The notes beneath the pieces were generated by a model. That model was given only the letters and a program-made list of their open reading frames with translations. It was not told where the DNA came from and searched no databases. A stretch of DNA of 54,358 nucleotides, from the NCBI GenBank assembly GCA_049289155.1, contig JBAQJB010000204.1:1-54358 (forward strand). Reading direction: 5' to 3'. The stretch is from Chitinophagaceae bacterium (GTDB lineage Bacteria; Bacteroidota; Bacteroidia; Chitinophagales; Chitinophagaceae). This document shows, in pieces, positions 19,484 to 29,932 of the stretch (within the stretch, counting starts at the first letter, position 1; every line of letters begins with the position of its first letter). The translations under genes and the position numbers were made by a program.

Positions 19484-20755
19484 TTAAATTGTAGAATTTG
19501 ATGCGATAGATTTTGCGGCGCACCAGCTGCTTGTCCAGGCATGCTGAAAATTAAATCCACCGGTAATGCCATCCACATCCATTATTTCACCTGAAAAATA
19601 TAAGCCGGAATAAATCTTACTTTCCATAGTATGTGCATTTATTTCCTGCAAAGAAATGCCTCCACTTGTTACAAACTCTTCTTTAAACGTGGTTTTTCCA
19701 TTCACTTGAAATACACTAGCTGTAAGTGTTTGCACCAGTTTGTTTGTTTGTTTTGAAGTGAGTTCGCTCCATCTTACATGTTGAAAAATAGCACTGCATT
19801 CAAGAAAATATAACCACAGCCTTGAAGGCAGGTTAAATGGATTTTTACCGGCAATCTTTTGCCGGGCATTTTTAAGCCGAATGCCGGGAAATGCATCCCG
19901 AAGTTCAGGTTCATTATATTCCGGGAGCCAATTTATATGTATGGTATAAGTATAATTCAACGCGGCTAGTTCTCTTGCTGCGAACGCGGAAAGTTTTAAT
20001 ACAGCAGGGCCGCTGAAACCCCAATGAGTAATAAGAAAAGGACCCGTACATTGTTGTTTCAGCTCCGGAATTTTTACCTGCACATTATACAGTGAGATGC
20101 CCATTAATTTTAAAATAGAATGACCGGGAATATTAAAAGTAAATAAAGAAGGCACTGGCGGAATGATACGATGCTTTGTTCCTTCAAGCCATCCAAACTG
20201 GTCTTCTTTGGGAAATCCGCCACTGGCTACACACAAAAAATCTGCCTCGAAATAACTACCATTTTCAAACTGAAGCGTAAATTTTTTTATTCCCTCCTGC
20301 GTCATTTTTATTTCTTCATTACAAATAATTTTCTTTACCTGTTTCTGAAATAATATCTCTACACCATATTTTTCTGCTTCATCCAGGAGACAATCAATGA
20401 TCGTTTGAGAATTATTTGAAATGGGGAAAATACGGCCGTCTTTTTCTCTTTTTAATTCCACACCCCTTTGCGAAAACCAATCAATTGTATCTGCAGGGCT
20501 AAATGCATGAAAAGATTTTTTGAGAAAGTTTTTTCCACGCGGATAGTTTTGCAGAAAGGCAGGTATATCTGTAAAGGCATGCGTGACATTACAACGCCCG
20601 CCACCACTCACTTTTACTTTAGATAATAATTTTGTACTTTTTTCAAAAATAATTACCCGCAAAGAAGGATTCATCCTGGCTGCATTGCAGGCACAAAAAA
20701 AGCCTGCAGCGCCACCGCCAATTACCGCCAGTGTTTTTTGGAATTCCTGCACCAT
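19484..20755 (-). CDS. NAD(P)/FAD-dependent oxidoreductase, HI0933/BaiN-like family
   Basis: GxGxxG motif IGGGAAGFFCA, SGGGRCNVTH, and a C-terminal GEIMDVDGITGGFNFQHAW. Confidence 0.8.
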   Translation of the reverse strand: MVQEFQKTLAVIGGGAAGFFCACNAARMNPSLRVIIFEKSTKLLSKVKVSGGGRCNVTHAFTDIPAFLQNYPRGKNFLKKSFHAFSPADTIDWFSQRGVELKREKDGRIFPISNNSQTIIDCLLDEAEKYGVEILFQKQVKKIICNEEIKMTQEGIKKFTLQFENGSYFEADFLCVASGGFPKEDQFGWLEGTKHRIIPPVPSLFTFNIPGHSILKLMGISLYNVQVKIPELKQQCTGPFLITHWGFSGPAVLKLSAFAARELAALNYTYTIHINWLPEYNEPELRDAFPGIRLKNARQKIAGKNPFNLPSRLWLYFLECSAIFQHVRWSELTSKQTNKLVQTLTASVFQVNGKTTFKEEFVTSGGISLQEINAHTMESKIYSGLYFSGEIMDVDGITGGFNFQHAWTSSWCAAKSIASNSTI

Positions 20756-20769
20756 AAAAATGAAATTGA

Positions 20770-21585
20770 TTAATTACCGGCCAGCATATAAGAAGTATTC
20801 AATGCTGCATTTTCTTTTTCAGCAGCTTCAATGATGCTATAATCTGATAAAATCAATGCATGGTCTTTTTTAATGCATACGTCATGTTCGAAATGTACAG
20901 AAGGTTTTCCATCACGGGTTCTTACAGTCCAGCCATCATCATCTGTATAAACTTCTTTTTCCCCCAGGTTGATCATGGGCTCAATAGCAAGAACCATATT
21001 AGTCTTCAGTTTTGCACCATTGCCTCTTTTACCATAATTTGGCACCTGCGGATCCTCATGCATTTGTTTTCCCAATCCATGTCCCACAAGTTCCCGCACA
21101 ACACCGTATCCATATTTTTTCTCTGTATGTTCCTGAATTGCAAAAGAAATATCACCAACACGGTTCCCGGCGATCGCTTTCTCGATACCCTTATATAAAG
21201 ATTCCTTGGTCACCTTGACCAGTTCAATTGCTTCTGCAGCAGCCTCTCCCAAAATAAAGGTGTACGCATGATCTCCATGCCAGCCATTTAAAATTACACC
21301 AAGGTCAATGGAAATTATATCTCCGTTTGTTAGTGGTACTTTATTCGGAAAACCATGCACCACCACATCATTTATTGATGCACAAATATGAAAAGGATAT
21401 CCTCGATACTGGTAAAATGATGTTGTTGCATGATGATCATATACAAATGTTTTGCATAAGGCATCCAGTTGCAAAGTGGTAACACCCGGTTTCAATATTT
21501 TGGCTACTTCAGTAAGTGTTTTACTCACCAGCAAAGCGCTTTCTTTCATGAAATGAACTTCTTCATCGGTTTTTATATGAATCAT
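20770..21585 (-). CDS. map: Type I methionine aminopeptidase
   Basis: Conserved MetAP metal-ligand context (HGFP, DIISIDLG, GHGLG, LAIEPM, FEHDV), at the canonical position after secY. Confidence 0.95.
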   Translation of the reverse strand: MIHIKTDEEVHFMKESALLVSKTLTEVAKILKPGVTTLQLDALCKTFVYDHHATTSFYQYRGYPFHICASINDVVVHGFPNKVPLTNGDIISIDLGVILNGWHGDHAYTFILGEAAAEAIELVKVTKESLYKGIEKAIAGNRVGDISFAIQEHTEKKYGYGVVRELVGHGLGKQMHEDPQVPNYGKRGNGAKLKTNMVLAIEPMINLGEKEVYTDDDGWTVRTRDGKPSVHFEHDVCIKKDHALILSDYSIIEAAEKENAALNTSYMLAGN

Positions 21586-21603
21586 TTAATGCGGTATAAT
21601 TTT

Positions 21604-21643
21604 TTAAAAAAATAAAACCTGCAAGCGTTTGCCAACAGGTTTC
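21604..21643 (-). terminator. Hairpin plus U-run between secY and map (intrinsic terminator or attenuator)
   Basis: On the minus strand, aaacctg-ttggcaaacgcttg-caggttt is followed by tattttttt. Confidence 0.45.
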
Positions 21644-21665
21644 ATAAATATTTTGAAAATGATAA

Positions 21666-23012
21666 TTACATTCCTGATGGTACAGTAGTCTGCCTGCCCT
21701 GAACTCTTCCCCCTTTCATTAAACCATCGTACTGGCGCATCAATAAATGTGTTTCCACTTGTTGCAGCGTATCTAATATTACTGCAACCATGATCAGTAA
21801 AGAGGTGCCTCCAAAAAAGGAAGAGAATAAACTGGTCACATTTAAATTCCTGGCAAAGCCCGGTAAAATACCTACAATAGCCAATAAAATGGCACCCGGG
21901 AAAGTAATGCGGTCCATGATAGTTCCTATATAATCAGCAGTTGGTTGACCAGGTTTTACACCAGGTATAAAGCCATTATTTCTTTTCAGGTCCTCGCTCA
22001 TTTGCTTGGGATTAAAAATAAGTGCAGTGTATAAGAAAGTAAATGCAACAACCATTACACCATAAACTACCATATACCAGGCATTGCTGGGATCAGAAAA
22101 TATTTTTACAATTCCCTGGGCTGAGTCGATATGAGTAAATGAAATTAATGTTGGTAAAAACATAATTGCCTGTGCAAATATGATTGGCATTACACCTGAA
22201 CTGTTTACTTTAAGCGGTAAAAATTGCCTTGCTCCACCGAATTGCCGGTTTCCAACAATTTGTTTAGCATAATTCACCGGCACTTTCCGTACACCCTGTA
22301 TCAATACTATAGTACCCAAAATGATAGCAATTAAAACAGCGATCTCAATTAAAAATATGAGCAAACCACCGCCACCTTTGGCGCTCTTGGCAGTAAATTC
22401 CTGGAATAGTGCTTCAGGTAACCGGCCTAAGATTCCTATCATGATAATAATTGAAATACCATTTCCCAAACCTTTATCCTGTATTTTTTCACCTAGCCAC
22501 ATTACGAATAAAGTTCCTGCGGTAAGCAGGATAATTGTAGTAGGGAAAAAATATTCTTTAAATGCCGGGATCAACGCTTCTGCGTAACTTGGGCTATTCA
22601 GATAAGATACATAGGCGCCGGCCTGGAAAAGTGTAACAACAATGGTCAGGTATCTTGTCCATTGGTTAATTTTTTTCTGACCACTTTCCCCTTCTTTCTG
22701 TACTTTCTGAATCTGGGGAACAAGAATGGTCATTAACTGCATAAAAATGGATGCAGATATATAGGGCATTACACCCAATGCAAGAATTGATGCATGTGAA
22801 AAAGCGCCTCCTGCAAATGTATCAAACAAACCAAGGAGGCCATTGCTACCGGCTGAAGCCTGGATCGTGGCTAATTTATTCGCATCAATACCTGGCAATA
22901 CTATTTGAACACCCAGGCGATACACAAAGATCAAAGCCAGTGTGGTTAAAATTTTGGAACGCAATTCTTCAATGGTCCATATATTTTTGAATGTCCTTAT
23001 TAATTTTTTCAA
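21666..23012 (-). CDS. secY: Preprotein translocase subunit SecY
   Basis: 448-aa, 10-TM protein with conserved SecY blocks (LGVMPYISASIFMQL, GEKIQDKGLGNGISIII), after rplO. Confidence 0.95.
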   Translation of the reverse strand: MKKLIRTFKNIWTIEELRSKILTTLALIFVYRLGVQIVLPGIDANKLATIQASAGSNGLLGLFDTFAGGAFSHASILALGVMPYISASIFMQLMTILVPQIQKVQKEGESGQKKINQWTRYLTIVVTLFQAGAYVSYLNSPSYAEALIPAFKEYFFPTTIILLTAGTLFVMWLGEKIQDKGLGNGISIIIMIGILGRLPEALFQEFTAKSAKGGGGLLIFLIEIAVLIAIILGTIVLIQGVRKVPVNYAKQIVGNRQFGGARQFLPLKVNSSGVMPIIFAQAIMFLPTLISFTHIDSAQGIVKIFSDPSNAWYMVVYGVMVVAFTFLYTALIFNPKQMSEDLKRNNGFIPGVKPGQPTADYIGTIMDRITFPGAILLAIVGILPGFARNLNVTSLFSSFFGGTSLLIMVAVILDTLQQVETHLLMRQYDGLMKGGRVQGRQTTVPSGM

Positions 23013-23077
23013 TTTTTACATTTGAAGTATGTGAAATAGGAATTAAATGAGTTTGGGATAACGAAATATCCGCTAAA

Positions 23078-23527
23078 CTATTTTAAAATTTCCACTTTAC
23101 CACCAGCAGCTTCAATCATTTCTTTTGCCTTGCCGCTCATTTTGCTGATCTTGAAATCAATTTTGGTTTTCAATTCACCATTTCCCAGGATTTTTACTTT
23201 ATGAGTTTTACCAATTAAACCATTCAGGTATAAATTTTCTTCTGAAAATTCAGTAAAACCATATTTTTCAATGAGCTTTTCTATTTGTCCCAGGTTATAA
23301 ACTGTATATTCTATCCGGTTATTATTTTTAAACCCGCGTTTTGGCAATCTTCTCTGGATAGGCATCTGACCTCCTTCATGTGCCATTTTACGTTGGTAAC
23401 CTGCGCGACTTTGTCCACCTTTATTACCTTTAGTGGAAGTTCCGCCTTTACCGCTTGCCTCACCTCTTCCAATTCTTTTTTCTTTGTGTGTTGAACCTTC
23501 TGCAGGTTTTAATGTGTGCAATTTCAT
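23078..23527 (-). CDS. rplO: 50S ribosomal protein L15 (uL15)
   Basis: MKLHTLKPAEGS...GRGEASGKGGTSTKGNKG; canonical order. Confidence 0.95.
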   Translation of the reverse strand: MKLHTLKPAEGSTHKEKRIGRGEASGKGGTSTKGNKGGQSRAGYQRKMAHEGGQMPIQRRLPKRGFKNNNRIEYTVYNLGQIEKLIEKYGFTEFSEENLYLNGLIGKTHKVKILGNGELKTKIDFKISKMSGKAKEMIEAAGGKVEILK

Positions 23528-23605
23528 TTTGTCTGATTTTTACTTACGGGGAATCGCCCCTCGCTAATTTTTAAATGTAGAACCCTTTTAAATTAATATT
23601 TTTAA

Positions 23606-23794
23606 TCAACCATTCATTTCTTCAACCTTTACCAGGTGATGCACTTTTTCTACCATCCCTAATATTTGCGGGGTTGCTACAACTTCCTTACTAGCGTGCA
23701 TTTTATTAAGCCCTAAAGCTTTAAGAGTAAGCTTTTGGCGCTCTGAGCGATCTATGCCGCTTTTTACCTGTGTTATCCTGATTTTTTTCATCAC
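23606..23794 (-). CDS. rpmD: 50S ribosomal protein L30 (uL30)
   Basis: KKIRITQVKSGIDRSERQKLTLKALGL. The start could be the second Met (23791). Confidence 0.9.
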   Translation of the reverse strand: MMKKIRITQVKSGIDRSERQKLTLKALGLNKMHASKEVVATPQILGMVEKVHHLVKVEEMNG

Positions 23795-23826
23795 TATTTT
23801 ATTTTGATAAATGAAATACGTTCCAT

Positions 23827-24348
23827 TTATCCGTTAAATACTTTTGTAAGTTTAATGCTCCTGGTTTTTGAAATCTGTACCGGTTCGCGCAATAAGGTTA
23901 ATGCCTTGATAGTCGCTTTAACTACATTATGCGGGTTAGCAGAACCAAGGCTTTTTGCCTGTACGTCTGTAAATCCTGCACTTTCCAGGACAGCACGCAT
24001 ACTGCCTCCTGCTATTACGCCTGTACCCGTTGCGGCCGGCTTTATTAATACCTTGGCAGCACCTTCTTTAGCAAGTTGTTCATGCGGGATGGTGCCATGC
24101 ATAATAGGCACTTTCACCAAATTCTTTTTGGCATCTTCTATTCCTTTTGTAATTGCTTCCTGTACTTCTTTGGCTTTTCCAAGTCCTTGCCCTACAACAC
24201 CTCCTTCATTTCCAACAACAACCAAAGCGGAAAAACTAAATGTGCGGCCTCCTTTAGTAGTTTTAACTACCCTGTTAATGGAAACTACTTTTTCTTTCAA
24301 TTCCAGGTCACCTCCGGGCTTTATTTTATTTACGATATTTTTTGACAT
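23827..24348 (-). CDS. rpsE: 30S ribosomal protein S5 (uS5)
   Basis: [27 protein letters not shown]...; canonical order. Confidence 0.95.
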   Translation of the reverse strand: MSKNIVNKIKPGGDLELKEKVVSINRVVKTTKGGRTFSFSALVVVGNEGGVVGQGLGKAKEVQEAITKGIEDAKKNLVKVPIMHGTIPHEQLAKEGAAKVLIKPAATGTGVIAGGSMRAVLESAGFTDVQAKSLGSANPHNVVKATIKALTLLREPVQISKTRSIKLTKVFNG

Positions 24349-24375
24349 GCTTTTTATATAATAATTTATAACTTT

Positions 24376-24729
24376 TTAAAATTCCAGGCCACTTTCCCGG
24401 GCACCATCGGCTATTGCTTTTATCCTGCCATGGTATAAATAACCACTTCTGTCAAAGGTTACTTTTTTTACTCCAAGCTCTATTGCCTTACGCGCAATTG
24501 CATTGCCAACCATTTTACTTTTATCAACCTTAGTCGCTTTCTGCGCCATGATGTCCTTTTCTTTTGAAGAACTGGAAGCAATGGTTACGCCATTATCATC
24601 ATCGATCAGCTGTGCATAAATTTCTGTATTGCTCCTGAATACTGACAAACGGGGAGTTGAAGAAGTACCTTTCACTTTCCTGCGAATACGGTAGCGGATT
24701 TTTTGTCTTCTTAAAATTTTCTTATCCAT
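24376..24729 (-). CDS. rplR: 50S ribosomal protein L18 (uL18)
   Basis: RLSVFRSNTEIYAQLIDD...FDRSGYLYHGRIKAIADGARESGLEF. Confidence 0.95.
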   Translation of the reverse strand: MDKKILRRQKIRYRIRRKVKGTSSTPRLSVFRSNTEIYAQLIDDDNGVTIASSSSKEKDIMAQKATKVDKSKMVGNAIARKAIELGVKKVTFDRSGYLYHGRIKAIADGARESGLEF

Positions 24730-24774
24730 ACTATTCTGATTTTTTCCTGATACTGCCAGGAATTTTTTTATAAA

Positions 24775-25326
24775 TTATTTTCCTGCTGCTTTACCTGCTT
24801 TTCTGCGTACTATTTCATTCGCGTAACGAACACCTTTTCCTTTATAAGGTTCCGGTTTCCGTAAACTACGGATTTTAGCTGCAACCTGTCCGATGAGTTG
24901 TTTATCTATACCCTCCAACATGATCTTCGGATTCTGTCCTTTTTCAGTAAGGGTTGTTACTTTTAATTCTGAAGGCACTTCAAAAATGATGTTATGTGAA
25001 AAACCAAGAGCCAGGTCAAGGAGATTTCCCTGGTTGGCCGCTTTATAACCCACACCCACCAATTCAAGATTTTTTTGATATCCATCAGTAACGCCCTTAA
25101 CCATATTAGCGACCAATGAACGGTATAAACCATGCATTGCCCGGTGACGAATCTGGTCCGTTGGCCTATTAATTTCTATGGCATCATCTTTCAGCACAAT
25201 TTCCATATCCCTGTCTACAGTTTCCTTCAATTCACCTTTTGGTCCTTTTACAGAAATTACCTGGTTAGCTACTTTTACTGTAACTCCCTTTGGAAGGCTG
25301 ATTGGTTTTTTTCCTACACGTGACAT
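24775..25326 (-). CDS. rplF: 50S ribosomal protein L6 (uL6)
   Basis: MSRVGKKPISLPKGVTV...KGKGVRYANE. Confidence 0.95.
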   Translation of the reverse strand: MSRVGKKPISLPKGVTVKVANQVISVKGPKGELKETVDRDMEIVLKDDAIEINRPTDQIRHRAMHGLYRSLVANMVKGVTDGYQKNLELVGVGYKAANQGNLLDLALGFSHNIIFEVPSELKVTTLTEKGQNPKIMLEGIDKQLIGQVAAKIRSLRKPEPYKGKGVRYANEIVRRKAGKAAGK

Positions 25327-25442
25327 ATTTAAAAAAATTTTAAAAATGAATTCGGCTGACTTAATTGTTTTCAGTTCCGTATAGAAAACTTAATTATCTA
25401 TTAAGCGCCTGTTTATGATTTTCCTTACGGAAAATTGATTGA

Positions 25443-25841
25443 TTAATAAATATGGCAAAGCACTTCTCCGCCAACATTTTCATTTCTTGCCTGCTTGTCC
25501 GTCATTACCCCTTTAGAGGTACTGATGATAGCCACACCCAGTCCATTGATGACGCGTTTGAAATCGCCGGGCTTTGAGTATTGCCTCAAACCGGGGCGGC
25601 TTACACGTTCCAATGCACGTATTGCAGGTATTTTTGTTTGCGGGTTATACTTCAACGCAATTTTTATTACGCCTTGTTTACTATCTTCTTCAAATTTGTA
25701 TTTGAGAATATAGCCTTGTTCGTACAAGATTTCTGTAATACGTTTTTTTAAATTTGATGCCGGGATTTCTACGATCCGATGGCCAGCCATTTGAGCGTTT
25801 CTTACCCTCGTAAGGAAATCGGCTATTGGGTCAGTTACCAT
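25443..25841 (-). CDS. rpsH: 30S ribosomal protein S8 (uS8)
   Basis: VTDPIADFLTRVRNAQMA...GGEVLCHIY. Confidence 0.95.
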   Translation of the reverse strand: MVTDPIADFLTRVRNAQMAGHRIVEIPASNLKKRITEILYEQGYILKYKFEEDSKQGVIKIALKYNPQTKIPAIRALERVSRPGLRQYSKPGDFKRVINGLGVAIISTSKGVMTDKQARNENVGGEVLCHIY

Positions 25842-25887
25842 TTTTTTATAAATTAATTCTGTTCAAAAAAATAATGTTCTTGTCTTG

Positions 25888-26157
25888 TTACCAGCTTGCT
25901 TTTTTTACACCTGGAATTTTACCATTGAGTGCCATATCTCTGAATACGATTCGGGACATACCAAAATACCTGATATAGCCTCGGGGCCTGCCTGTAAGCT
26001 GGCAACGGTTTTTTAAACGTACCGGGGAGGAATTCCGCGGAAGTTCGCTCAATGCCTGGTAGTCGCCTTCAGCTTTTAAAGCTGCGCGTTTAACTGCATA
26101 TTTTGCAACCATTGCTTCTCTTTTTCTTTGCCTGGCTTTTACTGATTCTTTTGCCAT
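25888..26157 (-). CDS. rpsN: 30S ribosomal protein S14 (uS14), long non-zinc form
   Basis: [14 protein letters not shown]...[24 protein letters not shown]...GVKKASW. Confidence 0.95.
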   Translation of the reverse strand: MAKESVKARQRKREAMVAKYAVKRAALKAEGDYQALSELPRNSSPVRLKNRCQLTGRPRGYIRYFGMSRIVFRDMALNGKIPGVKKASW

Positions 26158-26196
26158 AATTTAATGGGCCTGTTTTTTTCAGGCCGGATTTTTTTA

Positions 26197-26772
26197 TTAA
26201 ATATTTTCTTTTTTCGCATTTTTAAAAGGCATCCCCATTTCTTTTAATAACTCATAGGCTTCTTCATTGTTCTGCGCTGTAGTTACAAAAGTGATATCCA
26301 TGCCGGTGATCTTGTTCACTTTATCTATATCAATTTCCGGAAAAATGATTTGCTCAGTGATTCCCAATGTATAGTTACCACGGCCATCAAATGCTTTATC
26401 GCTGATACCTTTAAAGTCACGAACACGTGGGAGAGCAACAGATACAAGACGGTCTAAAAATTCATACATTTTTTCTCCGCGCAGAGTAACCCTTGCACCG
26501 ATTGGCATTCCTTTTCTTAATTTGAAATTGGAAATGTCCTTTTTACTCATCGTAGCCACTGCTTTTTGTCCTGTGATATTAGTGAGTTCATCCACAGCTA
26601 TCTCCACGAGTTTTTTATCAGCGACTGCGCCATTTACGCCACGATTGATACAGATCTTCTCCAGTTTTGGAGTCTGCATAATACTTTTAAAGCTGAATTT
26701 TTTCATTAATGCAGGAACTACTTCTTTCCTGTATTTTTCAGCGAGCCTGGGGGTATATTTTATTGTATTCAT
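26197..26772 (-). CDS. rplE: 50S ribosomal protein L5 (uL5)
   Basis: [21 protein letters not shown]...[11 protein letters not shown]. Its start overlaps the rplX stop (TAATG). Confidence 0.95.
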   Translation of the reverse strand: MNTIKYTPRLAEKYRKEVVPALMKKFSFKSIMQTPKLEKICINRGVNGAVADKKLVEIAVDELTNITGQKAVATMSKKDISNFKLRKGMPIGARVTLRGEKMYEFLDRLVSVALPRVRDFKGISDKAFDGRGNYTLGITEQIIFPEIDIDKVNKITGMDITFVTTAQNNEEAYELLKEMGMPFKNAKKENI

Positions 26773-27110
26773 TATTTAATAGCCTCTCCTGATTTTTTAG
26801 AAATTCTAATTGTTTTTCCTTCTTTACGGTCCATTTTCACTTTTGTGCCTGACCCGGATTTTGCATCCCAAAGCATTACGTTACTGATATGTATAGATGC
26901 TTCTTTTTTTACAATGCCACCTTTCGTATTTTGAGCACTGGGTTTTGTATGATGTGTTACAATGTTTACACCTTCCACAACAACACGGCCTTTATCCATC
27001 AAAACTGCATGCACCTCGCGTGGTTTTTTCAGGTCTTTGTCATTTCCTGTTATGACCACTACACTATCACCTTTTTTTATGTGGTACTTTGGTTTAAATC
27101 TGTTGCTCAT
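26772..27110 (-). CDS. rplX: 50S ribosomal protein L24 (uL24)
   Basis: [20 protein letters not shown] motif; canonical order. Confidence 0.9.
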   Translation of the reverse strand: MSNRFKPKYHIKKGDSVVVITGNDKDLKKPREVHAVLMDKGRVVVEGVNIVTHHTKPSAQNTKGGIVKKEASIHISNVMLWDAKSGSGTKVKMDRKEGKTIRISKKSGEAIK

Positions 27111-27180
27111 TGTTTAAAATTTTCTTTCAGCCTACTTAATATGTATGGTTTCCCATTTATTTTCAAAATTTTTAGGGCGG

Positions 27181-27188
27181 CAAAGGTA
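27181..27188 (-). promoter_or_regulatory. Candidate internal -7 promoter box (TACCTTTG) in the 114-nt rplN-rplX spacer
   Basis: Exact TAnnTTTG on the minus strand. The extended block TACCTTTGCCGCCC closely resembles TACCTTTGCGCTCCC at the rpsJ promoter. Confidence 0.4.
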
Positions 27189-27224
27189 CATTTATTTTTC
27201 AAGTAATACCTTCTTTTCCACTCT

Positions 27225-27593
27225 TTACAGTACTTCGGGAGCGAGGGATATAATTTTCATATAGCCTTTATCCCTAAGTTCCCTGGCAACCGGCCCAAAA
27301 ATCCTTGTGCCCCTGGGCTCATCGGATGCATTTAATAAAACCACTGCATTGTCATCAAACCGGATATACGATCCGTCCTTCCGACGCAACTTATTTTTTG
27401 TGCGCACAATTACAGCTTTTGACACGGTTCCTTTTTTAATACCACCCGCAGGCATGGCATCTTTTACCGTTACAACTATTTTATCGCCAATGTGTGCATA
27501 GTCCTGGCCGCTGTTTCCGAGTACTCTTATACATAGTACTTCTTTTGCACCGCTATTATCAGCTACATTTAAACGGCTTTCCTGCTGAATCAT
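27225..27593 (-). CDS. rplN: 50S ribosomal protein L14 (uL14)
   Basis: [26 protein letters not shown]... is highly conserved. Confidence 0.97.
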   Translation of the reverse strand: MIQQESRLNVADNSGAKEVLCIRVLGNSGQDYAHIGDKIVVTVKDAMPAGGIKKGTVSKAVIVRTKNKLRRKDGSYIRFDDNAVVLLNASDEPRGTRIFGPVARELRDKGYMKIISLAPEVL

Positions 27594-27699
27594 ATTTTTA
27601 GCTTTTATCTGAAGATGTTAGTTGTTACACCACATCCGGTTGAATGAATAATCTTTTTTTAAACCCCTCCGATAGCTACCCACCGGCATAAGGCTATTT

Positions 27700-27957
27700 T
27701 TATTTTGCCTTTTCTACAATTTCTACCAGTCTCCAACGCTTTGTTTTACTCATTGGCCTTGTTTCCATGATGCGAACCACATCACCCAGGGCACATTCAT
27801 CTTTTTCATCATGAGCATGAAACTTTGTTGTTTTCTTTACAAATTTCCCATACATAGGGTGTTTCACTTTCCTCTCAACTGCAACTGTAATGGTTTTATT
27901 CATTTTGTTGCTGCTGACAACCCCTGTCCTTGATTTGCGCAAATTTCTTTCCGTCAT
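27700..27957 (-). CDS. rpsQ: 30S ribosomal protein S17 (uS17)
   Basis: I take the start at the internal Met ([25 protein letters not shown]), which removes the overlap with rpmC seen in the ORF-track call (27978). Confidence 0.9.
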   Translation of the reverse strand: MTERNLRKSRTGVVSSNKMNKTITVAVERKVKHPMYGKFVKKTTKFHAHDEKDECALGDVVRIMETRPMSKTKRWRLVEIVEKAK

Positions 27958-27967
27958 TGTATTAATT

Positions 27968-28180
27968 TTAAATGCCAAGTTCTTTTTTCCTGATAATTGT
28001 TTGAATACGAGAAATATCTTTCCTGAGATTGCGGATGCTCATAGGATTCTCCAGGGGAGAAATTGCATGCGCAAATTCAAGTTTTTTTAATCTCAGTTTA
28101 TCTTCTGAAAGCCTTGCTTTCAGGTCTTGCTCGTTGAGATCAGCAAGGCTATCATTAAATCCTTTACTATTTTTAGCCAT
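27968..28180 (-). CDS. rpmC: 50S ribosomal protein L29 (uL29)
   Basis: [28 protein letters not shown]...; canonical order. Confidence 0.9.
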   Translation of the reverse strand: MAKNSKGFNDSLADLNEQDLKARLSEDKLRLKKLEFAHAISPLENPMSIRNLRKDISRIQTIIRKKELGI

Positions 28181-28213
28181 TTTTATTTTGTTTTATCTGT
28201 ACGGTTCACCGGC

Positions 28214-28633
28214 TTATGCCTGCAAATCCCTTCTTATAATAAATTTGGTTCTAATGGGTAATTTTTGAGCAGCTAATCCCATTGCTTCTTTTGCTGTAGC
28301 TTCAGTAACTCCATCACATTCAAAAAGTATACGGCCTGGTTCTACTACTGCTGCCCAATGGTCGGGGTTTCCCTTACCTTTTCCCATCCTCACTTCTGCC
28401 GGTTTGCGTGTAATTGGTTTATCAGGGAATATACGAATCCATACATTTCCTTCCCGTTTCATAGCGCGCGTCATTGCCTGCCGTGCAGCTTCTATCTGGC
28501 GATTATTGAGCCATATAGGTTCCATTGCTTTGAGGGCAAAAGAACCAAATGAAATCATGGAACCGCGTTTAGCCACTTCACGAATCCTACCTTTCTGCGC
28601 TTTTCTGTGCTTTGATCTTTTTGGCTGTAACAT
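28214..28633 (-). CDS. rplP: 50S ribosomal protein L16 (uL16)
   Basis: [16 protein letters not shown]...[12 protein letters not shown]. Confidence 0.97.
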   Translation of the reverse strand: MLQPKRSKHRKAQKGRIREVAKRGSMISFGSFALKAMEPIWLNNRQIEAARQAMTRAMKREGNVWIRIFPDKPITRKPAEVRMGKGKGNPDHWAAVVEPGRILFECDGVTEATAKEAMGLAAQKLPIRTKFIIRRDLQA

Positions 28634-28687
28634 TTTTTAAAGTTTACCTTATCCGAATGATTTGAAAAATATTGTTTTTATTTAAAA

Positions 28688-29497
28688 TTATCTTCTTCCA
28701 CCACGGCCTCCACCGCCACCTCTTTTATCTCCGCCGCCAGTTCCACCTCTTCTGTCGCCGCCACGATCACCACGGTCAGAACGGTCGCGATGGTCGCTCC
28801 TTCCCATTTCCCTGCGATCGCCACCTTCATTTTTGCCTCCTACAAAATTTGGATTCAATTCACGCTTTCCTAAAACTTCACCCTTACAAATCCAAACTTT
28901 AATACCAATTTTTCCATATACCGTTTGAGCAAAAACATTTGCATAATCAATATCCATACGGAAAGTATGCAAAGGAATACGTCCTTGTTTAAATTCTTCA
29001 CTTCTCGCTATTTCTGATCCACCCAGGCGGCCACTCACTTTTACTTTTATCCCCTCCGCTCCCATGCGCAATGATGAGGCAATGGACATTTTTATGGCGC
29101 GTTTGAAATTGATCCGGTTTTCAATTTGCCTTGCAATGGTATCTCCAACAATAGTTGCATCCAGTTCAGGTCTCCTGATTTCCAGGATATTTATTTGAAC
29201 ATCATCTTTTTTAGTCAGGTTTTTTAATTCTTCTTTTATCCGGTCTACTTCTCCGCCACCTTTTCCTATAATAATACCTGGTTTGGACGTATGAATAGTG
29301 ATAATCAGTTTTCCCAACGTGCGCTCGATAACAATTCTTGCTATACCACCCTTACTGATCCGTGCATTCAGGTATGTACGGATTTTATCATCTTCGATCA
29401 GGCGAATCGGGTAATTTTTCTTATTAGCATACCAGTTGCTTTCCCATCCCCTGATAATTCCGATCCTGTTTCCTATTGGATTTGCTTTTTGACCCAT
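28688..29497 (-). CDS. rpsC: 30S ribosomal protein S3 (uS3) with an Arg/Gly/Asp-rich C-terminal extension of about 50 aa
   Basis: [18 protein letters not shown]..., a KH domain and a conserved core. The tail is [45 protein letters not shown]. Confidence 0.95.
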   Translation of the reverse strand: MGQKANPIGNRIGIIRGWESNWYANKKNYPIRLIEDDKIRTYLNARISKGGIARIVIERTLGKLIITIHTSKPGIIIGKGGGEVDRIKEELKNLTKKDDVQINILEIRRPELDATIVGDTIARQIENRINFKRAIKMSIASSLRMGAEGIKVKVSGRLGGSEIARSEEFKQGRIPLHTFRMDIDYANVFAQTVYGKIGIKVWICKGEVLGKRELNPNFVGGKNEGGDRREMGRSDHRDRSDRGDRGGDRRGGTGGGDKRGGGGGRGGRR

Positions 29498-29509
29498 ACG
29501 GTTTATAAA

Positions 29510-29869
29510 TTATTTCGATTGATTATTTGATTTTGAATCCACGACCAATGTTACATGATTACTGCGTTTACGTATGCGGTAACCACGGCCTTGCGGTGCG
29601 GGACGCATACGGCGCAACGTTCTTCCACCATCAACAAAAATTGTTTTTACGACAAGTGATGCATCAGCTGCACTTTGGCCTTCATTCTTCTGTTCCCAGT
29701 TGTTGATGGCACTTTTCAGTAATTTTGCAAGAGGCACACCATTATGTTGTGGGTGGTGTTCAAGCAGGCTTAGCGCCTTTTCTACTTCCATTCCCCTGAT
29801 CACATCCGCGAGAAGCCTCATCTTCCGGGGCCCGGTTGGATAATTGTTTAATTTTGCTACTGCTTCCAT
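29510..29869 (-). CDS. rplV: 50S ribosomal protein L22 (uL22)
   Basis: I take the start at the internal Met ([26 protein letters not shown]) rather than the ORF-track start 9 codons upstream. Confidence 0.9.
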   Translation of the reverse strand: MEAVAKLNNYPTGPRKMRLLADVIRGMEVEKALSLLEHHPQHNGVPLAKLLKSAINNWEQKNEGQSAADASLVVKTIFVDGGRTLRRMRPAPQGRGYRIRKRSNHVTLVVDSKSNNQSK

Positions 29870-29932
29870 TTTTATTTTCAATTTTATTGATTTCAATACT
29901 TATTTACCGGTAGAGAAATTCAATTTAAAAAA

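Noticed and set aside
23804-24361. 185-aa ORF on the plus strand, the longest unexplained ORF in the track
   Set aside because: It lies entirely antisense to the highly conserved rpsE gene. Its composition (Ala/Pro/Thr/Ser-rich, no start context) is what the reverse frame of a ribosomal protein gene produces. There is no independent support.
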